Assembly (NCBI RefSeq): GCF_963921235.1
Contig: NC_086097.1
Span: 142,292,001-142,356,000 of the forward strand
Direction: 5' to 3'
Source of the DNA: Mobula hypostoma
Lineage: Eukaryota
DNA: 64,000 bases
Shown here one piece after another: positions 23,826 to 37,510 of the stretch. The notes under the pieces are model-generated. The model searched no databases. It saw nothing but the letters and a program-made list of their open reading frames with translations, and was not told the origin of the DNA. Position numbers and translations under genes: made by a program. Each line of letters opens with the position of its first letter. Positions within the stretch are counted from its first letter, which is position 1.

Positions 23826-24074
23826 CTGGCAAACAAAATGAAGGAAATTGAACACATATGTGTAAGTACATCCACCCCCACTTTCTTTACATCTGAAGTG
23901 CCTTCATCTTTTCTAGCCTTCTATGTCTCTTTGCCTTTTTTTTAAATTCAACTATCAACATCCCTTGATGCCCAGGATTCCTTGGATTTGCTCCTAATGG
24001 AAACACTTTGAATCTGGACTCTCATCTTTTTACTTCTAATTGACTCTCATATTTAGACCTATCTAAATCCAGCT

Positions 24075-25575
24075 CCAACAAAAAAAATACTGCACAAGCT
24101 TGGCAGATCAGTCAGTAGCTGTGGACAGAAATGGACAATCAATATTGTTTCAGGTCAAGACCCTTCATCTGGACTGAAAGACAGATGGGAGATGGCCAGT
24201 AAGTGGTGAAGGGGTGAAGGGTGAAGCAAAACTTGGCAAGCAATACATAGATCCAAGTGAGGAGGGTGATAAGCAGATGGAGGAAAAAGTGGAAATAGTG
24301 AGAAGCTGCAAGATGATAATGGCTGCAGAAAATGGAATCAGATAGAAAAGGCGTAACAGTGAATCAAGGGAAGTACAGTGGGCAGATGGCAACAGCAGGA
24401 GGAGGAGATCCAGTGGGAAGAGTCCATGCGTGACTGGCAGATTGAATGGATAGAGGAGGGGAAAGCTGTTGAGTATGGGAGTGGGTGAGAGGGGTCGGTG
24501 GATGAGGAAACGGGTAGTTCAAGAGGAGAAAGAAATAAGACAGATTAGTTTACCTGAAACTGAAGAATTCACTGTTCATATCATTGGGTTGTGGAGTACT
24601 GAGGCAGAATAGGAACGCTGTTCCATTAGTTTATGTTTAGCCCTCGCAGTGGAGAATGCAGAGACAGAGAGGTTGGTGAAAGAATGGGGAGGGAATAGAA
24701 GTGTCTACTAACTAGAGCTGCAGAAGACCCAGACAGATGGAATGCAGGTGCTCTGAAAAGTGGTTACTTAGTCCATGCTTAGCCTCACTGATATAGAAGC
24801 AACCCCATCAAGAGCAACCAAATGCAATAAGATTTGAGGAGATGCATGTAAATCTCGGCATTAGCTGGAACAGCTGTTCAGGGCGCTGAATGGTGGCGAG
24901 AGTCGAAAAGGTGTTACACCTTCAGCCATTGCAGAGGAAAATGCCAGGCAGGGTATGGTTGAGTGAACCAGGTAGTCATGGAGTTAGTGATCCCTGCAGA
25001 AACTGATGGGAAAGGAGATTCTGCCCGATGGCAAGACATTCATTTTTACAGTTTCAGGTAAGCTCCTCTATCCCTTTTAACTTTCTTCCTGGTGTTCCTA
25101 GTTCCACTACATCCTCCATCACTGTTTCTTTCCCATCCTCCATTCACTCCATGTGCCCATTTTCCATATGCAGCCCCCCAGAGTCTCTCACACTATTCAC
25201 ATCTGCCCAACCCACCTCCCTTATTTCATTCACTGCTCCACCTTTGTTTCCTATAATATCCCACCTTCTGCAGTCCTTTATATCTTCCACCTATCACCTT
25301 CCAGCCTATTAATATTTCCACTTCTCCTTCCTCCACAGATCTATCACCCCTCCTCACCTGGATCCATCTATCACCCCTCCTCACCTGGATCCATCTATCA
25401 CTTACCAGCGCTTCATCATTATACAAGTCATGTCTCCTCTATTATTCCAATTCAGATAAAAGATTTCAACCTTAAGTATTATCTGCCCACTTCCCTCCAC
25501 AGATGCTGCCTAACAAACTAAGTTTCTTCAGCATTTTGTTGATCCAGTCTTCAGCATCTGTAGTCTCTTGTATCT
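24075..25575 (-). mobile_element. Decayed Penelope-like element remnant (GIY-YIG C-terminus) with inverted terminal copies
   Basis: Minus-strand remnants resembling NL.YCI.CS.CGLLYI.E (~24785-24835) and KLEEQHLIF.L...QP.GMN.EFS.FR (~24550-24640). Similar end sequences occur in opposite orientation at ~24085-24180 and ~25440-25570. Confidence 0.65.
25339..25402. repeat. 27-bp tandem duplication (ATCTATCACCCCTCCTCACCTGGATCC, ~2.3 copies)
   Basis: Directly visible; translates as IYHPSSPGS x2. Confidence 0.85.
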
Positions 25576-27639
25576 CAATAAAATTAGTTTCTCTAATCTA
25601 CATATGCCAATCCTGTCTTAATATTGAATTCTTTCCTAAATTAAGGACCTTAAATTCCAAACCATCCTCACCTCGTTCCATAATCTTGCTCTAGTGTTTA
25701 AAAAGGGCAATCCAAATGACATCACAAAGAACTTTCATTACAGCTCTGATTTGATATTCACTTTTGGAAGATTATAACTGATTTCCTTTTAATATTGCTA
25801 ATTGCACCTCTATCAATATTTCAAACAGTGCATTTTTGTTTTAAATAAAGTCTTTCAAATCTGGGCTCAGCTCCCAAATATTCTGCTAACAAGTATTTTT
25901 CGTTGCTTACAATGGACACAAGATATGGGAGCTGGAGAAAGTAATCCAACTCTGAAAGCATGTTCTGTCACTTATCAAGATCATGGCTAATCCTATTTTT
26001 TTGGTACCATTTTCCAGTACTATTCCCATATCCATCAATTCCCTTAGTGAGCAGAAACCAATACATTTGAAATGGATAAACTCAACAACTGAGAATCCAG
26101 AGCCCTTTGGAGTATAGAATTCCAAACGAGTCAACAGCCTTCTAGTACAGGCACACTTCCAACTGAGCAGAGCATTTCACCAATAAATCCAGCCTGGGAA
26201 CAAAGAAATGGATGAATGTTAACAATATCCTTGGGTCCACCAAGTGTTTTCAAACCAAGTTCTCTGATTGTGATTCTGCAGTAAAGTAAGAAAGCTACAA
26301 GTTTTTGTTATGAGCATGCTCACCAATTAAGGCCCCAGTCTTTTCACATAATCAAGGCAGCCTCCAATATTAGTTGTTACATCTGGATATCTTTCAGTTT
26401 TGAATAATTAAGTTGGAACCCAAAAGGACAATAAACTATCTGTCATTTTGCAAAGTCTCAAAATGAGATGGCTTTTTGGTAAAGTCATTTACAAGTTATT
26501 TTAATTCTTATTTAATTATCATTCATCAATAAACAGTGCATCAAATTAGCAGACTTGTATTAAAGCAAATCCACCAGAAAACTGGTGAAAGATTTTCCTC
26601 TAGTTAGCAACAAAAGAGCTACTTCATTTTGAGACTTCCTCAAAATAGTAGACATTTCACTTTGCTTTTAAGATTCCAGCACAATTACTCAAAACAGGAA
26701 GATATCGAAAAATAATAGAACCAATTTTGGAGGCTTACTTCATTGGGTGAACAAAGCTGGGCCTTATTTGGTAGGGTAGGATCATAATGTCAAAACTTGT
26801 AGTTCCCCTTCTCCAATGATACAAAAAAAAATCAATCTGAAAATTTGGTTTGAGTTAATTCCACTCATGCCACTTTATCTGTAGCTTTTCTAAGAGCAGG
26901 TAACTCAACTGCTGTATCATCTGTTTTAAAAAGCCAAGCAATTCCACATAGCACCTTTAATCTTCTGCCAGAGTACAAGATTCTAATCTCCACATCTTTT
27001 AATGCACAATAGAAAATCTGGTTCATCTCATTCGGTACATCTGAAAGCTGCCACTGAAGAAAGCATCTCCAAATCAAAATATGCAGCTTTCAAATACAGG
27101 CCAAGAGAAACTTGAAGGTGAAGAAGAAATAATTGTTTTTTTGTTCCTGTGAAAGCCTGCAAGAAAACACATCTCAATGTAATATACGGTAACATACAGT
27201 ATGTACTTTGATTATAAATTTACTTGAATGTTAGAGGATAATTTACAGCATTCAATTAACAACTCCCTTCAGTTCATTTGTGGAAAAATATTAAAGCTAT
27301 GTAAACTATATACGACACTGACAGGGACCAAGAACAAATCCAGATTAAAACTAACAAAGTATTGATCCTATACCAAGAGTCATATATACTTCAGTGACAA
27401 TTTGGGGCAGTACAGCTGATAGGGATGTGCATGTAGTCTGCACAGCCTCTCTCACGTACCAAAGGTCTGCAGAGGGGGGTGAGGGGGTTGGTAGGAATGT
27501 GGGTAGAACAAAATGGGATTGGTATTGGATTGATGTGTAATGGGTGATTGTTGGTGAGCTACACGGCCCAATTGGGTACTATATTTCTGACTTTGAGTAA
27601 CCAGGGTCAATGAGAGCAGGGTGGTAGACACACCCATTG

Positions 27640-28460
27640 GGAGAATGGGTAAATAAGTGGCAGATGGAATATAGATAGAATCAGAGAGTTAGCATATGAG
27701 GAGCATTTGATGGCTCTGGACCTGTACTCACTGGAGGTTATAAGAATTGGCGGGGGGGGGGAGGGGGAGAGAAGAAAGACATCTCACTGAAACCAATCGA
27801 ACACTGAAAGGCCCAGATAGACTGGATGTGGTGAGGACGTTTCCTAGAATGGGGTAAGTCAAGAATCATAGGGCACAGCCTCAGAATTGAAGGGCATTTG
27901 AAACAGAGATTAGGATACATTTCTTTAACCAGAGGGTAGGGAATCTGCTAAATGCATTGCTACAAATGGCCGTGAAGGCCAAGTCATTAGGTATATTTAA
28001 AGTGGAGCTTGATAGGTTCTTGATTAGTCAGGGCATCAAAGGTTATGGGAAGAAGGCAGCAGAATGAGGTAGAGAGAGATAATAAATCAGCCTTGATAGA
28101 ATGATGGAGCAGACTCAATGAGCTGAATGGTCTAATTCTGCTCCCAAATCTTACGAGTTTACTTGCAGCCTTTTTCACAAGGTTGGGGAATCAAGAACTA
28201 GGATGTCATTGGTTTAAGGTGAAAGTGAAAAAATTTAATAGAAACTGAGGGGCAACTTTGCAACCAGAGTATGGTTAGTATATAGGATAGACTACCAGAA
28301 CTGGTTGAGGAAAATAACATCAACATTTCAAAAGCTATCTAGACAGGTATGTGGATATAAAAGATTCGAGGGATATGGGCCAAACAAGGGCAACTGAATC
28401 AAGCTTAGATAGGAAAAGTTGGTTGGAATGGACCGGCTGGGCAGAAGGGCCCATTTCCAT
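27640..28460 (+). mobile_element. Two decayed CR1 3' fragments
   Basis: Typical CR1 3' region (TATGAGGAGCATTTGATGGCTCTGG; AATAAATCAGCC..GAGCAGACTCAATG). Confidence 0.7.
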
Positions 28461-28669
28461 GCAGTAGGATTGTGACCCTAACAGAAGGGCAGACAGCCCA
28501 AATCCATTTAGCTTCTTTAAGCCACTGTATAAAGTGAGATGGGAAAGTGTACTCAATAAAATTAAAAGATTAACAACCTAATGGCAATACTCTCGGGCTT
28601 CTATTATTCAGCGCTTTCAGAAGCTATAGAATTCAGTACAGCTGGAAGCACAATGACAATTTGTGCTCG

Positions 28670-29495
28670 AAGATTCAAAGTACATTTATTATCAAAGTAT
28701 GTACACAGAATACAACCGAGATTTGTCCTCCCACCAGCAGCCACGAAACAAAGAATCACCACAGAACCTGTTCAAGAAAACGTCAACCATCCAATACACA
28801 AAAAAAGAACAAATTGAGCAAATGGCAAAAAGCAAGCAAATACAAAGGATATCAAACACCAAATCAGGAGTCCAGTAGTATTCAGTTCAGTTCAGCGCCA
28901 TGCCACTAGCCCACCGCAGGCTGCACACAGAGCCATTCTCCACTGAAGCACCCTATGTCCACATTGATCGCCCTGATCAAATCGCTCAAAAATAGTGAAG
29001 AGTAACAAGACTCCAGAAATACATGCATCATGAACCTTAAAGTTCCCCAAAATGACTCCACAGCCTCGTTGATCAATCCTTGCAGCATGGAGCAGAAGGC
29101 TCCTGCACGCTTCTCCAACGGCAGCTAGCGAGAGGGAGAGGAAGACCGGTCAAATGCACACATGCCATACACCCGGCTGTCCTCCACTCTCATCCTCGTC
29201 GACTTCAACTTTGCTCGGTACCTCAGAGAGAAGTAATGGAGTCAATCAGAATCAGAACCAGGTTTATTATCACAGGCATGTGACAATCCCATCTCCAGGC
29301 TACACACACCACTCCATACCTCACCAAACTCCCTCAGAGATAGCAAAGCACCTGATCACTCAATCGCTCAAAACACACTATCAAAATGTAACTCATAGGT
29401 TCCAATCACATGCAGCTCAGAAGAATCATTTTTGAAAGTAGTAAAAAAAGTAGTGTTGTGTATTGTCTGCAGAACGTCACCCTTAGCCATCTTGG
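28670..29495 (-). mobile_element. Probable short non-autonomous non-LTR element with a Rex-type tail
   Basis: Minus-strand tail CTTTGATAATAAATGTACTTTGAATCTT at ~28670-28697 and a GCCAAGATGGC start at ~29495. Confidence 0.35.
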
Positions 29496-31483
29496 CATCA
29501 GCGAACAATGAGTTGCTCATGCTATGGGTCAGAAAAAGAGATGGGTAACATCACAATGACACAGCATTCACTCAGACAGAGGGATAGATAATGTTATGAT
29601 GTAATTACAAAGGGAAGAGGGGGCAAAATTATCATACTTTTGAAATTTTAAATTCCAGTTTACTACAGAATCACTGACTTCTAATCTTCCTCAATACTGT
29701 GACAAACATAATCCTACCCTGTTTGAAATCGTGTAGTTACAAATGAATGCAAGAATCACCAGTAAATTTTGAAAACTATAAAAGAATTTAGATGGATCAT
29801 CAGCCATCAAGTATGTACAGCAGTTAAATCACGTAACAATTAAGGATCAATCTTGCTTTTCTTTGCATGAGTATTGGATCCAGACTGACCAAAGTAGTAC
29901 AACACGTTGTACAATAATAAGATGATAAACCAAGAGCACATTGACCCAGTAATGTTATAAAAGATCTTTTGACTCTGTTCAAGGTGTAATGAGGGTTTTG
30001 CCCAAAGCCCCAGGCAATATTTATCATCTTTCCACCAGCAAAAACAAGATACCATCTTGTCATTATTGAAGCTTTACTTAAGTTAATTTGTAAATATTGA
30101 TTGCCACTCTTTATGCACCTCAAGTGGGACCAGACCTTTTAAGAGACCAGCATTTACTACTATATATAAATGCTGATCTCTTACTTTTACCGAGTCCCAG
30201 CTAAGAACCTTGCCATTGGTATCTAGGGAAAAACCTCAGGAAAGTCCCACCCACTTCCACTCAAAGAATTGGGGGTGTTTGAGCTTCAAGAGCTTACAAG
30301 CAACTTAACAGAAGGGAGGGTTCTTCAGAATAAATTCTGGCCACCAGCCACATGATTCCAGAAAACAGCCGTCTTAACTAAGCTCTGATAATTTTCAGAA
30401 ACATCATTTATGCTGATAACTTTTCTTCCCATAAGTATATGCCCAGAACACTGAAACTGCAAAACCACAACTTCCATCTCAAAAATTAACTCAGTTACCC
30501 AAATGATCTGCTCCAATGTGTAGCACATACGAAAAAGAACACTTAAAATGGAACAAATATCCTTCTGCTAGAGAGTATTAAACTCTGTTCAACAAAAGAT
30601 ATCACCAACCAATATTTTTACAGGAAAAAAATACAAATATTATTGGCAAAATTTGGTGGGGAAATATTGCCTAACATCTCCAAGCATTTCTAAAATTGCA
30701 AACCTCTTCCCACACAAAATTGTAGGCGCCAGAGATATGGCACCAGTCTCATGTTTAAAAAAAAATGAACAATTAGCCATTTTCCAAAAAAAAGTAAACA
30801 AACATTATTCCATATCTTTTAAAATAGCAAATAAAAAACACAATCAGACACAGAATACTTAAGAACTAGCACCATAGTTGTGTGAAAGCAAAAATCTCAT
30901 TTTATTGAATTCTTTGGTTTCTAAGTTTGACCAAGGCAGGGCAACAAGAAGTGGACTTTCAGAGGGCATTCTGAAGGGCTCATCACAAATATAGAAGTCA
31001 AAAGGCAGTGACAGAGAGGGGTGCATTTGCAGATGAAGACTTTTTTTTAAATGGCAGATGCTCCAATTGGCGTTTAACAAGAACGAAGTTTATAGTAGCA
31101 ACATTATAAAGTTTGCGGCATATACATAGCTTAGCAGGACAGTAAATAGCAACAGGGTGTGTAGACATCACAAAACAATGCCAAGGTTATTAAAGTGGCA
31201 GATTTAGATCAATATGGAGAAACAAATATACTTTGGGAGAGTTTTTTAAATTTTGAGGTAATGGATTATAATTTTTTTTTTAAAAAGGGGATGGTTTTGC
31301 TCTTTAAAAAGAAAAAGCAGGGAGAATAGCACATAAAAAGGATGAGGCATCTGCAGACAGAACCAAGCAGAAGGGACCCTCAAAAAGTCAGCACATCAGG
31401 CCAACTCTCCTCCTCCTCACTGCAAAGATTCAATGGCATTGACAAGCTTATATACATGTCAATAGTCTCAAAACCTATTAGAC

Positions 31484-33543
31484 AGAAACATAGAAAATAG
31501 GAGCAGGAGTAGGCCATTCGGCCCTTCGAGCCTGTACCGCCATTCAGTATGATCATGGCTGATCATCCAACTCAGAACCCTGTACCTGCCTTCCCCCCAC
31601 ATACCCCCTGATCTCTTTAGCCACAAGGGCCATATCTAACTCCCTCTTAAATATAGCCAATGAACTGGCCTCAACTGTTTCCTGTGGCAGAAAATTCCAC
31701 AGATTCACCACTCTCTGTGTGAAGAAGTTTTTCCTAATCTCGGTCCTAAAAGGCTTCCCCTTTATCCTCAAACTGTGACCCCTCATTCTGGACTTCCTCA
31801 ACATCGGGAACAATCTTCCTGCATCTAGCCTGTCCAATCCCTTTAGGATTTTATACGTTTCAATCAGATCCCCCCTCAATCTTCTAAATTCCAGTGAGTA
31901 TAAGCCTAGTTCATCCAGTCTTTCATCATATGAAAGTCCTGTCATCCCAGGAATCAATCTGGTGAACCTTCTTTGTACTCCCTCTATGGCAAGGATGTCT
32001 TTCCTCAGATTAGGGGACCAAAACTGCACACAATACTCCAGGTGTGGTCTCAGCAAGGCCTTGTACAACTGCAGTAGTACCTCCCTGCTCCTGTACTTGA
32101 ATCTTCTTGCTATAAATGCCAGCATACCATTCGCCTTTTTCACCGCCTGCTGTACCTGCATGCCCACTTTCAATGACTGGTTTACAATGACACCCAGGTC
32201 TCGTTGCACCTCCCCTTTTCCTAATTGGCCACCATTCAGATAATAATCTGTTTTCCTGTTTTTACCACCAAAGTGGATAACTTCACATTTATCCACACTA
32301 AATTGCATCTGCCATGAATTTACCCACTCACCTAACCTATCCAAGTCACCCTGCATCCTCTTAGCATCCTCCTCACAGCTAACACTGCCACCCAGCTTCG
32401 TGTCATCCGTAAACTTGGAGATGCTGCATTTAATTCCCTCATCCAAGTCATTAATATATATTGTAAACAACTGGGGTCCCAGCACTGAGCCTTGCGGTAT
32501 CCCACTAGTCACTGCCTGCCATTCTGAAAAGGTCCCGTTTATTCCCACTCTTTGCTTCCTGTCTGCCAACCAATTCTCTATCCACATCAATACCATACCC
32601 TGAATACCGTGTGCTTTAAGTTTGCACACTAATCTCCTGTGTGGGACCTTGTCAAAAGCCTTTTGAAAATCCAAATATACCACATCCACTGGTTCTCCCC
32701 TATCCACTCTACTAGTTACATCCTCAAAAAATTCTATGAGATTCGTCAGACATGATTTTCCTTTCACAAATCCATGCTGACTTTGTCCGATGATTTCACC
32801 GCTTTCCAAATGTGCTGTTATCACATCTTTGATAACTGACTCTAGCAGTTTCCCCACCACCGATGTTAGGCTAACCGGTCTATAATTCCCTGGTTTCCCT
32901 CTCCCTCCTTTTTTTAAAAAGGTGGGGTTACATTAGCCACTCTCCAATCCTCAGGAACTAGTCCAGAATCTAACGAGTTTTGAAAAATTATCACTAATGC
33001 ATCCACTATTTCTTGGGCTACTTCCTTAAGCACTCTGGGATGCAGACCATCTGGCCCTGGGGACTTATCTGCCTTCAATCCCTTCAATTTACTTAACACC
33101 ACTTCCCTACTAACATGTATTTCCCTCAGTTCCTCCATCTCACTGGACCCTCTGTCCCCTACTATTTCCGGAAGATTATTTATGTCCTCCTTAGTGAAGA
33201 CAGAACCGAAGTAATTATTCAATTGGTCTGCCATGTCCTTGCTCCCCATAATCAATTCACCTGTTTCTGTCTGTAGGGGACCTACATTTGTCTTAACCAA
33301 TCTTTTTCTTTTCACATATCTTTAAAAGCTTTTATAGTCAGTTTTTATGTTCCCTGCCAGTTTTCTCTCAATTTCTTTTTCCCCCTTCCTAATTAAGCCT
33401 TTTGTCCTCCTCTGCTGAATTCTGAATTTCTCCCAGTCCTCAGGTGAGCCACTTTTTCTGGCTAATTTGTATGCTTCTTCTTTGGAATTGATACTATCCC
33501 TAATTTCCCTTGTCAGCCATGGGTGCACTACCTTCCTTGATTT
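31484..33543 (-). mobile_element. Young 5'-truncated CR1, same family as 3361-5896
   Basis: ORFs 31553-32860, 32914-33315 and 33322-33570 are nearly identical in protein sequence to the 668-aa ORF. Tail AGAAACATAGAAAATAG at ~31484. Confidence 0.95.
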
Positions 33544-33919
33544 ATAATAATATGCTGACCAATGCAACACTGGGCAACTTAAAGATGTCTTATCTCCTCA
33601 AATTATTCCCCAAGCCAGTAACCACTTCGACCAATTTCAGTTGGATTGACCTGCCATTCAAATTGGATAATACTCCCCCATCTCGTCTCACATAAAGACT
33701 GGGCACTCAAGTGAGATATTAGGTGGTAGTACTTAAATTACAGACCTCAATTCTGGGTCTACAAGGTCCAGCCAAAAAATCTGAATGCCTGTACTAACCA
33801 GTTATTTTGGTAAAGGACAGCAGAGAAAGGACCATTGAATAATTAATGTAGATAAAGGTAGTCATTTTAACTTCATGTCAGACAACAATAGAAAAACTTA
33901 TTTCCCCACACATTCCACT

Positions 33920-33961
33920 CTGTGTGTGTGTGTGTGTGTGTGTGCGTGTGTATGTATGTAT
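33920..33961. repeat. (TG)n/(TATG)n microsatellite
   Basis: Directly visible. Confidence 0.95.
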
Positions 33962-34149
33962 AAATTAAACTTTCCTCCCAGATCTTTTGCCCATTAGACT
34001 GATCTTATATTCTCCAGTCTATGAATCATTAAATGGAAACAGCCTTTTTCTTTTATTTACAGTGCATCTCTATGCAATCTCTTCTAAGCCTTCTTTGATT
34101 CCCCCAGCGAACCCTAATCTGGGACACTGTAGAAAGCTATGAAAGATAG

Positions 34150-36465
34150 CCAGGGCATCAAAGGGTAAGGGGTGAAGGCAAGGGACTGGGGATGACTGGA
34201 AGAATTGGATCAACCCATGATTGAATGGCAGAGCAGACTCAATGGGCCGAATGGCCTACTTCTGCTCCTGTGTCTTATGGTCTTAAGAAAATATCGGTGC
34301 CCTGGCAAGGATGTTCGTATCACCTTTAGAAACGAGAAAGGTACTGGAATAAAGTAATACTAATGTTGTATCTTTATTTAAGGAAGGCTGCAAGAACAAG
34401 TCAGGGAACCAAGGGCCAGTGAGCCAAACATCTGTGGTAGAAAATTTACAGAAGGAGATTCTAAGGAACAGGATCTACCTGCATTTAGAAAGACAAGGAC
34501 TGGTTAGGAATAGGCATGGCTTTATGCATGGTAAATCATGTCTCACAAATTTGAGTAGTTTGAAAAGGTGACTATGACTGAAGTCAGAGCAGTAGACATT
34601 GTCTACATGAACTTTAGCAAAGCCTTTGATGAGGTCGTGCATGGTAGTCTAATCGGTTCAGACCCCACCTGTGGAAAAGAAACATTTAAGGATTCAGGAA
34701 GAAGTTGCTTTTTCAGAACAGAGTGGTGGTAATGGATAGAGACTGGATTGGTCTCCCTTCAAAGAAGAAGCAAAGGCTGTCTTGATCAAAACTTCAGATG
34801 TGGAGGGATTTAGTGATCCGTAGTTTTAAAAAAAATAAATTGGATAGGACGAAAGTTAGGAAACAGGTGGCAGAAAGCATCAGAAGAACCACAGATATTG
34901 TTCAGAAAGGACAAGAATATAAAAGCAAGGATGTAATGCTGAAGCTTTATAAGACATTGGTCAGACCACACTTGGAGTGTTATGGAGTATTAGAAGAATG
35001 AAGGGGGATCTCATTGAAAGCTATAGAATATTGAAAGTAGAGGTGGAGATGTTTCCTATAGCGTAAAGTCTAGAACCAGAGAGCCCAGATTCAGAATAGA
35101 GGGATATACATTTAGAACAGAGTTGGCGAGGAATTTCTTTAGCCAAAGGGTAGTAAATCTGTGGAATTCATTGCCACAGTCACTGTGGAGGCCAAATCAG
35201 TGGGTATATTTAAAGTGGAGGTTGATAGGTTCTTGATTAGTTAGAGCATTAAATGTTTCTGGGAGAAGGCAGAGATAATAAATCAGCCATGATGGAATAC
35301 GGCAAAGTAGACTCAATGGGCTGAATGGCCTAATTCTGCTCCTATGCTTTATGGTCTTATGATCTAGACAGTTAGGTCACATGAGATACAGAGTGATCTA
35401 GCCAACTGTATACAAAGTTGGCTTAGAAAAAGTCAGAGGGTGATTAATGGAAGTCTGCTTTTTCAGATTGGAGGCCTGTGACCTGTGGTATGCTGCAGAG
35501 ATTGGTACTGTTGTTTATCAACTATATTAACAACATTGTCAACCAAGTCCTTAACACAGCATGTAAACTTACAATGTAGTGGACAGTGAAGAAAGTTATT
35601 CAAGATTACATGAACTACAGAAGTGGGCTAAGGAATAGCTTAGCTGATGAAATTTAACTCCGATAAGTGCGAGGTATTGAATTTTGGTTAGTTAAATCAG
35701 GAAAGGACTTGCATGTAAATGGTAGGGCCCTGGTGAGGGCTGTGAAAAACACCCAGGGGAACAGGTGCAGCTCCCTAAAGCGACACAGTTATGGCATACA
35801 TGCTTTCATCAGTCAGTGCTTCGAGAACAGGAGGTGCAATATTCGGTGAGATTGCACTTGATGTATTACATCAGTTCTAGTAACCCAGATATAGGAAGGA
35901 TGTCATTAAACTGGAAAAAGTGTGGAAAAGATTCATAAGGATGTAATGACTAAATTGAAAGGTGAGGATGGGACTTTAATCCCCCCTGCAGCATAGGAGG
36001 TTGAGGGGTGGGTGATCTCATAGAGGTATATCAAATCATCAGAGCTGTAGGTAAGGTGGATGATTACAGTTGCTTTCCCAGGATAAAGAGCAGTGGTGAG
36101 AGTGGACAGATATTAAAAATACTAGAGGTACAACTTTTTCGTGCAGAGGGTGATTAGTTGTTAGAAACTATAGTGGAAGGTACAATTAGCTGATTCTGTT
36201 GGAAGCTATAGTGGAAAGTACAATTATAATGTTTAAAAGACATTTGGATGGGTATGTGGACAGAAAATGCCTATAGAGCAGGAGTTCCCAATCTTTACTA
36301 TGCCATGGACCAATGCCATTAAAGTAAGGCATCTGTGAACCCCAGGTTGGGAATCCCTGTTATGGAGGGACATGGGTCAAACTCAGAGAAATGGGACCAG
36401 CTCTGATAGATATCTTGGTCCACATGGACGAATTGGGTTGAAGGCCCTTTTTCCATGCTGTATAA
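34150..36465 (+). mobile_element. Cluster of decayed CR1 fragments (tail 34150-34285; old RT ~34300-36465 with a nested insert at ~34651-35361)
   Basis: HGFMHGKSCLTNL-, FSKAFDEV- and EYKSKDVMLKLYKTLVRPHLE-type remnants. Confidence 0.7.
36279..36359. mobile_element. 81-bp hAT (Charlie-like) MITE
   Basis: TIRs CAGGAGTTCCCAATCT / AGGTTGGGAATCCCTG. 8-bp flanks CTATAGAG / TTATGGAG (6/8 match). Confidence 0.7.
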
Positions 36466-37510
36466 CGTTATAACCTCTGCAATTTAACTTTCTACCACAA
36501 ATCTCTTGCTTTGGTACCTCTCTATTCTAGAACTTTTACTTCCTTCTAAAGAGGAGGCAACCAGAATGCCATCATCAGAACTCTATGCAATTTTCAAGTT
36601 ATGGCTCAATTAAATATTTTGACAAGGTTCAGCACTACTGTTTTTGAAGCTCAGATTCCCTTATATTTACTATGTTTTTCAAAAATTTATGCCATATACA
36701 CCCAAGTTCCACTCTTCTCATAGATCTTTTTGAATCTCTTAAATGTATAGTTTTTCCCTCTACAGCCAATATATAGCAAAATGAACAATTCACACTGAGC
36801 AAAATTAACTGAATAAAATTTAAAACTGCAAATTGACCAAGATTTCAATTCCAGCATGCCTTGAGGAACCAAGAGGTCTATATAATTTAAAAAGCAGATT
36901 ATGAACTGAAGCAGCTAAGCATACAAACTTATACGTTATAAGAGGCCATTCAGCTCATCAAGTCTAGACCAGATGGAGCCCCTGACTATGTCCTTAGATC
37001 CAGAGCAAATTATCTGCTGGAGGTATTTGCAGACATTTTTTTTTAAAATCACTCCCTGCCTTCAGTCTGAGGCTCTTACTTTAGGATGACCACCATCATC
37101 CCTGTACCCAAGAAAAACATGCAACATACCATAAAGACCTCTGCCGAATAGCTCTTACATCTAACATCACAAAGTACTTAAAGACTCTGGTCATGACACA
37201 CATCAACTCCAGCCTCTCAGATAACTTTGACCCACTGCAATTTGCCTACTCCTGAAACAGATACATCTCCCTGGCCCTATGTTCATCTCTGAAGCATCTG
37301 GACAGTACAAGACACCTATGTTACACTATAGTTTATTGACTGCAGTATACTTTTTAATATTATAATTCCAAGGAAACTCACCTCCACACTCCTAAACCTG
37401 GGACTCAACACCTTCCCTTGCAAATGGATCCTCAACCTCCTGACCAACAAACTCAATCAGTAAGGACAGGCAGAACACCTCCAAAACAATACTCAACACT
37501 AGCATCCCAA

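Noticed and set aside
25339..25402. Repeat array resembling CRISPR or a coding repeat
   Set aside because: Simple head-to-tail 27-bp duplication without spacers, in a eukaryotic repeat.
26740..26837. Possible 98-nt minus-strand exon (TTTTCAG ... GAA|GTAAGC, open frame IDFFLYHWRRG..)
   Set aside because: Short pyrimidine tract, internal T9 run and no recognisable protein; compatible with chance.
26865..27077. 70-aa ORF in unique sequence
   Set aside because: No motif, no convincing splice sites, and a length expected by chance.
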